A stretch of 64,000 nt of DNA, taken from NCBI GenBank assembly GCA_951813515.1, contig OX638346.1:735617-799616 (forward strand), given 5' to 3'. Position 1 is the first letter of the stretch. Every line of letters starts with the position of its first letter. The position numbers and the translations under genes were made by a program. The stretch is from an uncultured Pseudomonadales bacterium. Its GTDB lineage: Bacteria > Pseudomonadota > Gammaproteobacteria > Pseudomonadales > Azotimanducaceae. Shown here piece by piece: positions 28,377 through 38,133 of this stretch. Below the pieces are notes generated by a model that saw nothing but the letters and a program-made list of their open reading frames with translations, did not search any database and had not been told where the DNA came from.

Positions 28377-28462
28377 CTTTGCGCAAACATGCGCCTTTCG
28401 TGGCAGCATCCGTCTGGAGTTTGCGCCCCGCCCTACAGGCGGGCAAGCCTTCGCGCCAACCA

Positions 28463-29728
28463 ATGAAAAGACAGTCGATGCACACCGACCGAAGCAGGCG
28501 CGTACTCGCGCATGGGGTCGGACTGTGGGAAGCGGCCAGTCGAGGGGCCGCGTATAACCCCTTGTCGAGGCGCGTCATACAGAACCCGTACAGGGTCTAT
28601 GCAGCGCTTCGCCGGCGCAGCCCGGTGCATCGAAGCACCATCCTCGGAAGCTGGGTGTTGACGCGGTACGAGGACGTCGTCGCAGCCGCAAGGAATCATG
28701 AGCGTTTCTCGAACAATCCGAGGTGGCGGGGGGCGACGACGAGCGTGCTGCCGCCCGCTCCCGACGACTACAGCATTCTGCTCATGGATCCACCTGATCA
28801 TTCGCGCCTGCGCAGGGTTGCCGCCCGGGCATTCACCAGGTCGCGCCTCGCGGTACTGGGCGAGACGATCGCGCGCACGGCCGCAGAACTCGTCGAGCGG
28901 GCCGCGCGGCAGCGCACCATCGACTGGATGTCCGAAGTGGCTGCCCCCCTTTCCATGCGCGTGATGCTGACCATGATGGGTCTCCCCCCGGGAGATCGTG
29001 GCCGTTGGGCGGCGTGGGTTCCAGAGCGCGCGCGGTTGCTCGAGATGATCGCCACGCGCCGGGAACGCAGGACGGCGCATCAAGCGGGGGACGAGATACA
29101 ACGGTATTTCAGGGCGTTACTGCAACGTCGCCGAAGTTCCGACGACGAGGATGCGATCAGCACGTTCGCCAGGCAGGTCGATGCGGGGGACGAAATCAGC
29201 ATGCCCGAAGCCTGCGACATGTTGAGCGTGCTGATGATTGCCGGAAACGAGACGACGACCAATCTGATAGGCAACGGCATGCTGGCGCTATTGCGCCATC
29301 CCGAACAGATGCAGCGCCTGCGGGAAGAACCGGTTCGGATACAGGATGCGATTGACGAGATGCTGCGGTTCGACAGTCCCGTGCAGACCGATTTTCGAAT
29401 CGCCAAGGCAGAGGTGACCATGCGGGAACGCACGATCAGGCCGGGCGATGGAGTGATCCTGCTGACGGGATCGGCGAACCGGGACGAGGCGGCGTTCGAG
29501 AATCCGGACGCCTTTGACATTGCACGCAAGGGCCCCAGGCACACGTCGTTCGGAACCGGCGTCCACTACTGCATCGGCGCGGAACTCGCTCGCATGGAGG
29601 CGAGCACGATTTTCGCCGAGGCGCTGCGTTCGACCAGCGTGATCAGACTCTCCGACGAGCCGCACTATCGGCCATCGACGGTAATCCGGGGACTTGCCGC
29701 ACTGCCGGTGAACCTTGAGCGGAAATAG
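28463..29728 (+). CDS. cytochrome P450
   Basis: Heme loop FGTGVHYCIGAELARME, I-helix AGNETTTN, ExxR (EMLRF). Start at the ATG at 28463 (MKRQSM). Confidence 0.9.
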   Translation: MKRQSMHTDRSRRVLAHGVGLWEAASRGAAYNPLSRRVIQNPYRVYAALRRRSPVHRSTILGSWVLTRYEDVVAAARNHERFSNNPRWRGATTSVLPPAPDDYSILLMDPPDHSRLRRVAARAFTRSRLAVLGETIARTAAELVERAARQRTIDWMSEVAAPLSMRVMLTMMGLPPGDRGRWAAWVPERARLLEMIATRRERRTAHQAGDEIQRYFRALLQRRRSSDDEDAISTFARQVDAGDEISMPEACDMLSVLMIAGNETTTNLIGNGMLALLRHPEQMQRLREEPVRIQDAIDEMLRFDSPVQTDFRIAKAEVTMRERTIRPGDGVILLTGSANRDEAAFENPDAFDIARKGPRHTSFGTGVHYCIGAELARMEASTIFAEALRSTSVIRLSDEPHYRPSTVIRGLAALPVNLERK

Positions 29729-29731
29729 CCG

Positions 29732-30010
29732 CTAGTACCGAATATCAAAGCTGGCCGGCGGCTGCTCGTCGACGTCTTCCACCTCCACCGCGTCCACCCG
29801 AGCGAGCGCCGGACCGCGCCATGCCCAATCCAGCAGCGCTTCGACGGACCCCGGCGCTCCGCTCGCGAGAAACAGGACCCGCCCGTCGGGACTGTTCCGC
29901 ACCCATCCGGATAGACCCAGGGACGTGGCCTCGCGCAGGAGGGATATTCGATAGGCCACACCCTGCACCCGGCCCGATACCGATCCTCGCACGGTTCTGG
30001 TGGAACCCAT
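29732..30010 (-). CDS. acylphosphatase
   Basis: VSGRVQGVAYRISLLREATSLGLSGWVRNSPDGRVLFLASGAPGSVEALLDW is the classic acylphosphatase signature. Start at MGSTRTV. Confidence 0.85.
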   Translation of the reverse strand: MGSTRTVRGSVSGRVQGVAYRISLLREATSLGLSGWVRNSPDGRVLFLASGAPGSVEALLDWAWRGPALARVDAVEVEDVDEQPPASFDIRY

Positions 30011-30119
30011 GGTTGACGCATCCCAACTGCAACGAGGCAAGAAGACTACAATACCGTTCGGACCGAGGCCGGGCCGGGAGTTCCCCGCCCTGTTGCGCAA
30101 CCGGAGCGTTGCCCATAGG

Positions 30120-30136
30120 ATGTCATAATATGTCAT
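30120..30136. promoter_or_regulatory. AT-rich 17-mer ATGTCATAATATGTCAT (site 1), overlapping the RBS-ATG of speD
   Basis: Identical at 16 of 17 positions to 36239..36255. It lies in the acylphosphatase/speD divergent intergenic region, and the speD ATG (30130) is inside the second half-site. Confidence 0.5.
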
Positions 30137-30528
30137 TGTCCAATAACGCTGGCGGTCGCCATGTCCTGATCGAGTCTTTCGGCGGCCATGCCGGTCTGGA
30201 TGCCCCGGCGCTCAAGCGCCTGCTGCGCCGTGCCGCGCGCGCGGGAGGCGCGAACGTGCTGTCATGCCATATGCACGGGTTCGGAACCGACGGGGGCGTC
30301 ACCGGCGTTGCGTTGCTGGCCGAATCTCACATCACGGTTCACACCTGGCCGGAACGGTCGTACGCGGCATTCGATGTGTTCATGTGCGGCACCTGCAATG
30401 CCGACCGCGCGGCAGAGGAGATCGCGCGCGCGGTACCGGATGCCCGGCTGAGCATTCGCGCCCTGGATCGACCGGCCCCGGAAACTGCGTCGCGACAGCA
30501 TGAGGCAGAGGAGGCAGCGGGTAAATGA
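30130..30528 (+). CDS. speD: S-adenosylmethionine decarboxylase proenzyme (small bacterial class)
   Basis: GRHVLIESFGG...VTGVALLAESHITVHTWPERSYAAFDVFMCG contains the E-S-H self-processing (pyruvoyl-forming) site and the TWPE motif. Confidence 0.85.
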   Translation: MSLSNNAGGRHVLIESFGGHAGLDAPALKRLLRRAARAGGANVLSCHMHGFGTDGGVTGVALLAESHITVHTWPERSYAAFDVFMCGTCNADRAAEEIARAVPDARLSIRALDRPAPETASRQHEAEEAAGK

Positions 30529-31481
30529 CGCGCGTCCCGGCAATGCTCCGTCCCAATGCCCTGGTCGCAGGCGTGCTCTGTGCGGCACTTCTCTCGATCG
30601 CGGGATGCGACAGTGGCGCGGCGGCGCGCGAACGGGCCGAACGCGCGGACGATGAAGTCAAATCGATGCTGTCGCGACTGCGCCAGGATCTCGCGCGAAA
30701 CCGCGTCCCCAACGCGGCCCTGATCCTGTCGTACGCCGACCGGCTCACCCGCGCCAAGCCCGAGCTGAAACCGATTGCCGACGTCTTGCGACGCGAAGGA
30801 ACTACCGACGGCAGGCTGTACCAGGGGCTCACCAAGCGGCTTGAGGAAAACCGCTCCGCATTCCCGCCGCCCGACGCGCCCGCGAAGGCTTACGAACCCA
30901 TCCTCTCGGAATACGCATCGCTACGCGCGGCAGCCGACCCGGAAGAATACAGCCGCGCGCTCAGCGACCCGCTCAATGCTCTCGCCGACTTGTCCGACGG
31001 CAGGCTGCCTCGGGTCGATTCCATCAGCGCCAGCGCCTCGCGCCGCGCCAACGCCGCAGACTCCCAGGGCCCGGGCGGTCAGTTGGTCGGCAATCCCCAT
31101 TATGGCTCCTGGCGCACCGATTCGAGCGGCACCTCGTTCTGGGTCTGGTACGGCCAGTACGCGCTGATCAGCAGCCTCCTCGGAGGTCCCCGCATCGGCT
31201 ACGGCGCCTGGTCCGGCCGGCGCGACTATAGCTACTACCACGACTGGGGACGCGACACCTACACGTCACCGTCGGACAGGCGGCGACAGAACCAGGTCGA
31301 GTCCGGCGCGAGGCGCAAGTTCGCATCGGAAGGCCGGACCTTTCGCAGCCCCTACGTCAGGCAGCGCCAGGGCGCTTCCTCCCGAATCGTCAAACAGAAG
31401 GCATTCGCCAGTGGACGCGGCAGCTTTTCGTCCACGCGCGGATTCGGCGGCGGTTCGCGAGGTCCAATCAGAGGCAAATAG
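30525..31481 (+). CDS. lipoprotein, C-terminal half YjfM/DUF1190-like
   Basis: Lipobox LLSIAG/C. Its ATG overlaps the speD stop (ATGA). The C-terminal TSFWVWYGQYALISSLLGG...RGFGGGSRG recalls E. coli YjfM (SFW..GY..GG, RGGFG...SRSMGG). The family call is from memory only. Confidence 0.6.
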   Translation: MTRVPAMLRPNALVAGVLCAALLSIAGCDSGAAARERAERADDEVKSMLSRLRQDLARNRVPNAALILSYADRLTRAKPELKPIADVLRREGTTDGRLYQGLTKRLEENRSAFPPPDAPAKAYEPILSEYASLRAAADPEEYSRALSDPLNALADLSDGRLPRVDSISASASRRANAADSQGPGGQLVGNPHYGSWRTDSSGTSFWVWYGQYALISSLLGGPRIGYGAWSGRRDYSYYHDWGRDTYTSPSDRRRQNQVESGARRKFASEGRTFRSPYVRQRQGASSRIVKQKAFASGRGSFSSTRGFGGGSRGPIRGK

Positions 31482-31494
31482 AGAGGTCAAGCAA

Positions 31495-32391
31495 ATGTTC
31501 GACTCGGTGAGTATCTGGATCTGGGCCATCGTCGTGCTGGACCTCGTGGTTGCCGTCGTGGCGATATGCGCCCTGCGGTACGTGTCCGGACTGCTGTTCG
31601 GCGTCGATTCGCGGAACGAACTCGCCGAAAAGGACAACCTCGCCTTCGGGCTGACCCTCGCTGGTGGCGCTGGCGCGGTGGCGCTGGTGCTGGCAGCCGC
31701 GACCGCCGGCGACCCCGCTATCGATTTCGCTGAGGAACTTGGCGTGGTCGCGCTCTACGCGGTGCTCGGACTGGTGCTGTTGAAGGTCGGAATGCTCATC
31801 AACGACTGGGTCGTCTTCAACGAGTTCTCCCTGAAGGACGCGATCAACGGCGGCAACGCCGCCGCCGGTACGGCCCAGGCCGCAAACCTGATCGCCATCG
31901 GCGTCCTCGTGAACGCCGCGATCGGCTATTCCGAGGGTGACCTCGCCACCGCCGTGGCGACGGTGGTCATCGTGTTCCTCCTGGCACAGATCGTCCTGCT
32001 CGGGGTCACGCGGCTGCGAGGGCTCATCTACGCGAAACGCAACGAGGGCGCCAAGTGGCAGGCCGCGATCGACGGCGGCAACACGGCGCTTGGGGTCCGC
32101 TATGCCGGGCACCTGATCGGCACCGCCCTTGCGGTGTCCGCGGCGGGTGGAATGATCGTCTACCTGGTGCCGCCTGACGCCGGGATGGTCGCCTTGTACG
32201 CGGCCCTGCTCGGCCTGGCGGTCGTTCTCGCCGGCGTGTTGCTGCTACTGTCGATGCTGGCGCAACGCGCCATCCTGCACGGCATCGATGTCGTCGAGGA
32301 AGTCGACGTTCAGGCGAACATAGGCGTGGCCGCCATCGAAGCCGCGGTGTTCATCGGCGTCGGGCTGGTGATGCATGCGGTCATCGGCTGA
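31495..32391 (+). CDS. DUF350 (YjfL-like) membrane protein with four repeats
   Basis: MFDSVSIWIWAIVVLDLVVAVVAICALRYVSGLL... The acidic-loop/N-x-A-x-G motif occurs four times (ELAEKDNLAFGL, LKDAINGGNAAAG, AIDGGNTALG, EEVDVQANIGVA), each followed by a TM helix. Confidence 0.75.
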   Translation: MFDSVSIWIWAIVVLDLVVAVVAICALRYVSGLLFGVDSRNELAEKDNLAFGLTLAGGAGAVALVLAAATAGDPAIDFAEELGVVALYAVLGLVLLKVGMLINDWVVFNEFSLKDAINGGNAAAGTAQAANLIAIGVLVNAAIGYSEGDLATAVATVVIVFLLAQIVLLGVTRLRGLIYAKRNEGAKWQAAIDGGNTALGVRYAGHLIGTALAVSAAGGMIVYLVPPDAGMVALYAALLGLAVVLAGVLLLLSMLAQRAILHGIDVVEEVDVQANIGVAAIEAAVFIGVGLVMHAVIG

Positions 32392-32485
32392 AACCTGAGA
32401 CATACGCGCGAGGTTCAGCACGGCCGTCAGGCAGTTTCTCGTCGCGAGCGCTGCGCGGGCAAGGATCTCGTCGAGGCCGGGTTGA

Positions 32486-34207
32486 ATGGCTAACGACAGC
32501 GCACGCGTTCGCCGCCACGATACGGTACTGATTGGCGCGATCGGACTGGTCGCCGCCTGCGGACTGGTCTACGAGTACCTCCTAGCGCACTATGCCGGTC
32601 GCATTCTGGGCGCCGTCGAGCCGACGGTGTACGCGATGATCGGCCTGATGATCGTCGCCATGGGGTGCGGCGCGCTGGCCGCCAGATGGATTTCTTCGAT
32701 CTACAGGGGCTTCGCCTGGCTGGAACTGGGGATCGGCATCCTCGGCGGGACGTCCATTCTGCTTCTGTCCGGCGCGGTGGCGCTTGCCTACTCCCTGCCC
32801 GAATGGCTGCGCACGGTCTACAACCTCGACGCTGCCATCGTCGTCGACGGGGGGCTCGCCGCAATGCTGCTCCAGTCAGCGCGCGTACTGCCGTTCGTGG
32901 TCGGGTTCATCATCGGGTTCCTGATCGGCATGGAGATACCGCTGATCGCGCGGGTGCGCGAGCACATCCACCAACGGCGCCTGGAACACAACCTGGGCGC
33001 CATGTACGGTGCCGACTACATCGGGGCGGGCATCGGCGCCGCCATATGGGTCGCGATCTGTCTCAGGATTCCGATCATCTATGCGGCGGTGGGTACCGCC
33101 GCTGTCAACACGCTGGTCGGCATCGCCTTCCTCTCCATCTACCGCCGCCAGTTGCGACCCTCCACGCGCCTCTGGATCGGACACGGACTGCTTGCCGGCC
33201 TACTCGTCGTGCTGGCCGTATTCGGCACCCAGTGGACCACGCGGCTCGGCGACACGCTGTTCCAGGACCGCGTGGTCTACCGGCTGCAGACCCCCTATCA
33301 GAACGCCGTAATCACCAAGCGGCACGTGGCCCGGGGCAAGCCGGACGTGCTCAGCTTGTACCTGAACGGGCGACTGCAGTTCGCGTCCAACGACGAGCGC
33401 ATCTATCACGCCTACCTCACGTCCCCGGCGATGGTGGCCACTTACCGGCGCGAGCGGCTATTGGTCCTCGGCGGCGGCGATGGTCTGGCACTTCGTGACC
33501 TGCTGCGGTGGAATCCGGACTCGGTCACGCTGATCGACATCGATGCCGAAGTCGTCGGCCTGTTCTCCGGCAAGGATCCGAACGCGCCCGCGTGGCTGAG
33601 CCAAACCCTGGTCGAACTCAACGAGGGCGCGTTCGCCGATCCCCGCGTCGTCGTCGTCCAGGCCGACGCCTTCATCGAGGTCGAAAGGCTTGCCGCCGAA
33701 GGCGAGACCTTCGACGTCGTGGTGGTCGACCTGCCGGACCCCGGCCACCCGGACCTGAACCGTCTTTACAGCGACTATTTCTATGCCCGGATCGGCCAGT
33801 TGCTGTCGCCCGACGGTGTGCTCGCCTTGCAGTCGACATCACCGTTCCATGCCAAGTCGGCCTTCCTCTCGATCGGTAAGACGGTCTCGCACGTCGGCTT
33901 CAACACCGAGCAGTTTCACGCCAACGTGCCGAGTTTCGGCGAATGGGGATGGACCATCGGCACCCTGCGCGGGAAACCCGCTTCAGAACGCATTGCCGGC
34001 GCCGAGGCCGGGCCGACGCCGGACGGCTGGCTCGACCGCGAGCAGATCCTGGCCGCATTCGCCTTCCCCAACGGCTACTACGCGGACCTCGACGACGTGC
34101 GGATCAACCGCCTCGGCAGCCACGTCGTCTATGGCTATCACCAGGAAGCGCTGCAGGAATACCGGGGCGTCTTCTTCGCCGGCCGCTCCGGTAACCGACC
34201 GAGGTAG
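32486..34207 (+). CDS. membrane-fused spermidine synthase-like aminopropyltransferase
   Basis: 573 aa. The N-terminal ~230 aa are multi-TM. The C-terminal part has RLLVLGGGDGLALRDLLRW, TLIDIDAEVV and DVVVVDLPDPGHPDLNRLYSDYFY, the spermidine synthase fold motifs. Confidence 0.8.
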   Translation: MANDSARVRRHDTVLIGAIGLVAACGLVYEYLLAHYAGRILGAVEPTVYAMIGLMIVAMGCGALAARWISSIYRGFAWLELGIGILGGTSILLLSGAVALAYSLPEWLRTVYNLDAAIVVDGGLAAMLLQSARVLPFVVGFIIGFLIGMEIPLIARVREHIHQRRLEHNLGAMYGADYIGAGIGAAIWVAICLRIPIIYAAVGTAAVNTLVGIAFLSIYRRQLRPSTRLWIGHGLLAGLLVVLAVFGTQWTTRLGDTLFQDRVVYRLQTPYQNAVITKRHVARGKPDVLSLYLNGRLQFASNDERIYHAYLTSPAMVATYRRERLLVLGGGDGLALRDLLRWNPDSVTLIDIDAEVVGLFSGKDPNAPAWLSQTLVELNEGAFADPRVVVVQADAFIEVERLAAEGETFDVVVVDLPDPGHPDLNRLYSDYFYARIGQLLSPDGVLALQSTSPFHAKSAFLSIGKTVSHVGFNTEQFHANVPSFGEWGWTIGTLRGKPASERIAGAEAGPTPDGWLDREQILAAFAFPNGYYADLDDVRINRLGSHVVYGYHQEALQEYRGVFFAGRSGNRPR

Positions 34208-34214
34208 CCAGCGT

Positions 34215-36017
34215 TCAGGCGATCTCGGCTCTGGCCTCCAGGTCGTCGATGAAACCGAGCGACTGCATGTCGAACAGGCGCCGGTATTGTCCCCGGGGCC
34301 GCGCCATCAGCTCCTCGTGATTCCCCTCTTCCACGATCCGGCCGCTGTCGAAGACGAGGATCCGGTCCACGTTCCGCACCGTCGAGAGGCGGTGCGCCAC
34401 GACGATGGCCGTACGACCTTTCAGAAGGTTGGCGATCGCATCTTGGATCAGGTACTCCGTGATGGAGTCGAGGCTCGAGGTGGCTTCGTCGAGGATCAGG
34501 ATCGGTGCATCGGCGAGGATGGCGCGCGCGATCGCCACGCGCTGCCGCTCGCCGCCGGAGAGCTTGACGCCTCGCTCCCCGACCAGCGTGTCGTATCCTG
34601 CCCCAAGCCTGCCGATGAAATCGTCCGCGTGCGCCTTCTTCGACGCTGCGACCACTTCGTCGAAGGTTGCTTCGGGCCGCCCATACGCGATGTTCTCCCG
34701 TAGCGAGCGGTGAAACAGGATGGGCTCCTGCGGCACCAGGGCGATGCCCCGGCGCAGGCTTTCCTGCGTGACTGCCGCAATGTCCTGTCCATCGACGAGG
34801 ACGCAACCCGTCTCCACGTCGTAGAGACGCTGCAGCAGTTTCACGAACGTGGTCTTGCCGGAACCGGACTCACCGACCAGCGCGACCTTCTCCCCGGCAG
34901 CGATTTCAAGACAGAAGTCGTCAAAGATCGCCTTCGGCTGATTGCTGTACGTGAAACCAACGTTTCGAAATCGAATCGTGCCCGCACCCGGCTGGAAGTC
35001 GGGAGCGTTCAGACGGTTCGATACCTGTGGCGCCGTCTTCGAGATCTTCACAAGATCGTCCAACTCGTTCACCGCCCGCTGCAGGCTGCGGATTTCCCAG
35101 CCGAGTTCGCGCAGATACCCGTTGACGATGAAGTACGCCGTGATGACGTAGACCATGTCGGCCAGCACGGTGGCACCGTCAGCCGCACGACCCAACGCGA
35201 TCGCCAACAGCCCGCCGAGCATCGCGATGATGAGCACCGACTGCACTGCGACCGGATCCATGCTCCGCGTCCACGCCGCACAGGCACGTCGTTGCCAATG
35301 CGAAGACACGTCGTGCAGCAGGCGGTCTTCGCGATGCTCCGCTCCGAATGCCTTGACCACAGAGTTGCAGGTAATCGAATCGGCCAGCGCCCCGCCCATC
35401 TTCGTATCCGCATCGTTCGAAAGCCGGTTTGCTGGAGCCACCCACGACAGGGACATCCATATGCTGACGCCGACGAACAGCGCAACGGAAACCGCGAAGT
35501 AAAGCCCCATCATGGGCTCGCGCAGGAACATCCCGATCGACAGCGCGACGAGCAGGATCAACGTCGGGCCGAGTTGCACGACCACGACATCGGCAAAGTT
35601 GTCGTAGGCCCACATGCCCCGCGTGACCTTGCGCACCGTGGCACCCGCGAACGCGTTCGCATGCCAGTCCGCGCTGAACCGCTGCAGCGCGCGGAAACCA
35701 TCCATGACGATCACCTGCATGGCTTCGGCGGCGAAGTACATCCACACCCGAAAGTACGCCTGTTGCACCAGGGATACGAGGGCCAGGATTCCAAGCAGCC
35801 AGAAAGCCGCGCTCCAGGCCTCAGCAAGGGCAGAGGGACCTTCCCCGATGTGCAACACCGCGGTCACCAGTTCCGCAGACCGGTCGGGAATCTGGACTTC
35901 GAGCAGGATGCTCACCACCACGCCGGCAAGGATCAGCGCGAACTTCGCCGGTTGCTGCCGCCAGTAGCTCCAGACAAAAAGAAAAACCTCGGTAAACGAG
36001 ACCGCTCGGTCGAACAT
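34215..36017 (-). CDS. ABC exporter, fused permease/ATPase (MsbA-like)
   Basis: Walker A GESGSGKTT, signature LSGGERQRVAIARA, Walker B ILILDEATSSLD, and a six-TM N-terminal half. Confidence 0.9.
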   Translation of the reverse strand: MFDRAVSFTEVFLFVWSYWRQQPAKFALILAGVVVSILLEVQIPDRSAELVTAVLHIGEGPSALAEAWSAAFWLLGILALVSLVQQAYFRVWMYFAAEAMQVIVMDGFRALQRFSADWHANAFAGATVRKVTRGMWAYDNFADVVVVQLGPTLILLVALSIGMFLREPMMGLYFAVSVALFVGVSIWMSLSWVAPANRLSNDADTKMGGALADSITCNSVVKAFGAEHREDRLLHDVSSHWQRRACAAWTRSMDPVAVQSVLIIAMLGGLLAIALGRAADGATVLADMVYVITAYFIVNGYLRELGWEIRSLQRAVNELDDLVKISKTAPQVSNRLNAPDFQPGAGTIRFRNVGFTYSNQPKAIFDDFCLEIAAGEKVALVGESGSGKTTFVKLLQRLYDVETGCVLVDGQDIAAVTQESLRRGIALVPQEPILFHRSLRENIAYGRPEATFDEVVAASKKAHADDFIGRLGAGYDTLVGERGVKLSGGERQRVAIARAILADAPILILDEATSSLDSITEYLIQDAIANLLKGRTAIVVAHRLSTVRNVDRILVFDSGRIVEEGNHEELMARPRGQYRRLFDMQSLGFIDDLEARAEIA

Positions 36018-36238
36018 GGGAGCCTCTCCAGTGCCAACATGCCGAGCCGCCGAAAGACCCCCCGCAAGGGGGCTGGCGGAACGAAGCGCGCGATAATGAT
36101 CCTATGGTCCCCAAAGTCAAGGCCGAGTAAGCAAATTTCGCGCACCGATTTGCGGACTCTCGGCAATTCCCGCCTAGCCCGTTGATCGAAGACCCTTCGA
36201 GTGCTTCAGCGAACGCCCGTCCAACTAACGCTTGACCG

Positions 36239-36255
36239 ATGACATAATATGTCAT
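36239..36255. promoter_or_regulatory. AT-rich 17-mer ATGACATAATATGTCAT (site 2), perfect 7-3-7 inverted repeat
   Basis: ATGACAT-aat-ATGTCAT lies in the ABC-exporter/yjfI-like divergent region, 65 nt upstream of the ATG at 36320. Confidence 0.5.
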
Positions 36256-36319
36256 AGTGTGCTTTCGACAGTTACCGCTGTCGGCGGGAACGACCACAAA
36301 GGAAACTGGGAGATACGCG

Positions 36320-36721
36320 ATGACCTTGGACGAGCTGGCCTTCCGGCTGAATGATTTCGACGGCGAGGAAGGCACCACCTTCGATGCGCTCGTGACGGAG
36401 CAAGATATCCTGGAGGTCACCTGCTCGAACAACGACGAATTCCCCATCCACGTCACCCAGACCGAGACGCAGATCCTCGCGGTGACACCCCTTTTCAACA
36501 TTTCCGAAGTCGAGCCCGACAATATCGAGGAGCTCAATGCGATTTTCCTGCGCCTGAGCCCCGCCGTGCCGCTGTCATCCATCGGCTTGCAGGGAGAGAC
36601 CTACATTCTCTTCGGCGCCATGGCGCTGTCGACGCGGTTCGAGGTGATCGCCCACGAACTCGAGGTCCAGGCGGAAAACACCATCGACGTCCTCGAAGCA
36701 GTGGAACACCTGCTGGCCTGA
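36320..36721 (+). CDS. YjfI/DUF2170-like protein
   Basis: EFPIHVTQTETQILAVTPLFNISEV...LNAIFLRLSPAVPLSSIGLQGETYILFGAM fits the remembered DUF2170 pattern. Its position directly before a PspA/IM30 gene matches E. coli yjfI-yjfJ. Confidence 0.6.
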   Translation: MTLDELAFRLNDFDGEEGTTFDALVTEQDILEVTCSNNDEFPIHVTQTETQILAVTPLFNISEVEPDNIEELNAIFLRLSPAVPLSSIGLQGETYILFGAMALSTRFEVIAHELEVQAENTIDVLEAVEHLLA

Positions 36722-36782
36722 ACCGAATTCAGGGGATTCACGCGACAAACCGAAGCAAAGCAACACGAGAGAGGCAAACAAC

Positions 36783-37478
36783 ATGGGTGTACTGAAAGAC
36801 CTGATGCAGGCCGTGAGAGGAGGCGCCAACGAAGTCGGCGAGGCTATTGTCGACGCCAACGCCATTCGCATTCTCGAACAGGAGATTCGCGACGCCGAGT
36901 CGGCGATAGCCAGCGCAAAGCAGAGCCTGACGCGCATGAAGAGTTCCGAGATTGGCCTCAAGCGGGATCTGTCCACCTTGGGCGCGGACATCGCCGACTA
37001 CGAGCAGAAGGCTATCGCGGCACTCAACGCCGGCGAGGAGGCACTCGCGACCGAGGTCGCCGAGCGCATCGCCGAACTGGAAGGCGAGCGCGACGACAAG
37101 GCCGGCGAACAGGCGGCACTGAACGAGGAGGTCAACAAGATCCACGCCATGATCAAGGCCCGGGAGCGAACCATCCAGAAGAACAAGCGTGAACTGGACA
37201 AGGTGCGAACGGTACAGGAGCTGCAGCGCGCCACGGAAAGCGTCTCGCGCAACTTCGCCGCGACGGGATCGAAGGGACACCGGGTATCCCAGGCGCTCGA
37301 CCGCGTGAAGGCCAAGCAGCAGAACTGGCAGGACCGCATGGAAGCCGGGGAATGGCTGGAGTCGCAGGAAGGTGTCGACGACATCGACGCGAAACTGAAG
37401 GCCAAGGGAATCGGCGCTTCGGGCGCGTCGGCGGGATCGGACGTTCTCGCGCGGCTCAAGGCCAGGCAATCGGGCTGA
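36783..37478 (+). CDS. PspA/IM30 family protein (YjfJ-like)
   Basis: MGVLKDLMQAVRGGANEVGEAIVDANAIRILEQEIRDAESAIASAKQSLTRMK is followed by a long coiled-coil. Confidence 0.85.
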   Translation: MGVLKDLMQAVRGGANEVGEAIVDANAIRILEQEIRDAESAIASAKQSLTRMKSSEIGLKRDLSTLGADIADYEQKAIAALNAGEEALATEVAERIAELEGERDDKAGEQAALNEEVNKIHAMIKARERTIQKNKRELDKVRTVQELQRATESVSRNFAATGSKGHRVSQALDRVKAKQQNWQDRMEAGEWLESQEGVDDIDAKLKAKGIGASGASAGSDVLARLKARQSG

Positions 37479-37485
37479 CCGAGCC

Positions 37486-38133
37486 GTGCTTCGAAAAATA
37501 CTCAGGAGCCGTTTCGGCAAGCGCGACGACGACTCGCCGCGCCAACTGTCCGGTCCGGGCGATCTCGCGGCCGGCGACCTCCTGACGTTCAAGCACCGCC
37601 TGCTCCTGCCGCCGGAGGTCCAGGGACAGACGTTCGAGGTCAGCTCGGTGGGCGCGTATCACTTCGAAGACGGCCTCTACGCCGAACTTACCCTGGACGG
37701 AACCGGCGGAGACCGGGTCTATCTCGGGTTCGACGCCGGTGACGCAAGCCAAATGTCCCTTTCCCGAACGGTGCCCCGTGCCGATGTGTTGCGGCTCTTC
37801 GACGAGGATGCGTTCGCCGCGCTGTGGGACGAAGACTTCGCCCAACTTGAGGTGACCGATCCCCTTCCAAAGTACGAGGGATGGATAGCGGACCGCTACG
37901 CGCAGACGAAGAAGTGGGCCGAGGGCTACTACTACGACCGCGACTGTCGCGGCGAAACGCCATCGCGGCTGCAGGACGACGATGCCGAGGAACTGCGTTG
38001 CCACGAATGCGAGGATGACTCCGGTCGCTATGGCCTCAGCGTCGAGGTCTCGGCGGACGGCGAGACGGAAGTGTTCGCCGAAGTGAACTGCCCGCCGGAC
38101 GTCATCGAGTCGATGTGGCCGGGCCAGGGATGA
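37486..38133 (+). CDS. YjfK/DUF2491-like protein (call mainly by synteny)
   Basis: 215 aa, 8 nt after the pspA-like stop. GDLLTFKHRLLLPPEVQGQTFEVSSVGAYHFEDGLYAELTLDG. The family assignment is tentative. Confidence 0.5.
   Translation: MLRKILRSRFGKRDDDSPRQLSGPGDLAAGDLLTFKHRLLLPPEVQGQTFEVSSVGAYHFEDGLYAELTLDGTGGDRVYLGFDAGDASQMSLSRTVPRADVLRLFDEDAFAALWDEDFAQLEVTDPLPKYEGWIADRYAQTKKWAEGYYYDRDCRGETPSRLQDDDAEELRCHECEDDSGRYGLSVEVSADGETEVFAEVNCPPDVIESMWPGQG

Noticed and set aside
26616-28466. 616-aa plus-strand ORF
   Set aside because: It is antisense to the DUF3179 gene, whose conserved motifs are clear on the minus strand.
30120-30136. Interpreting the shared 17-mer simply as a sigma-70 -10 box (CATAAT/TAATAT)
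   Set aside because: At speD a -10 box here would place the transcription start downstream of the ATG at 30130. At site 2 the only TTGACC is 5 nt away rather than about 17. The dyad symmetry fits an operator better, although a promoter role is not fully excluded.
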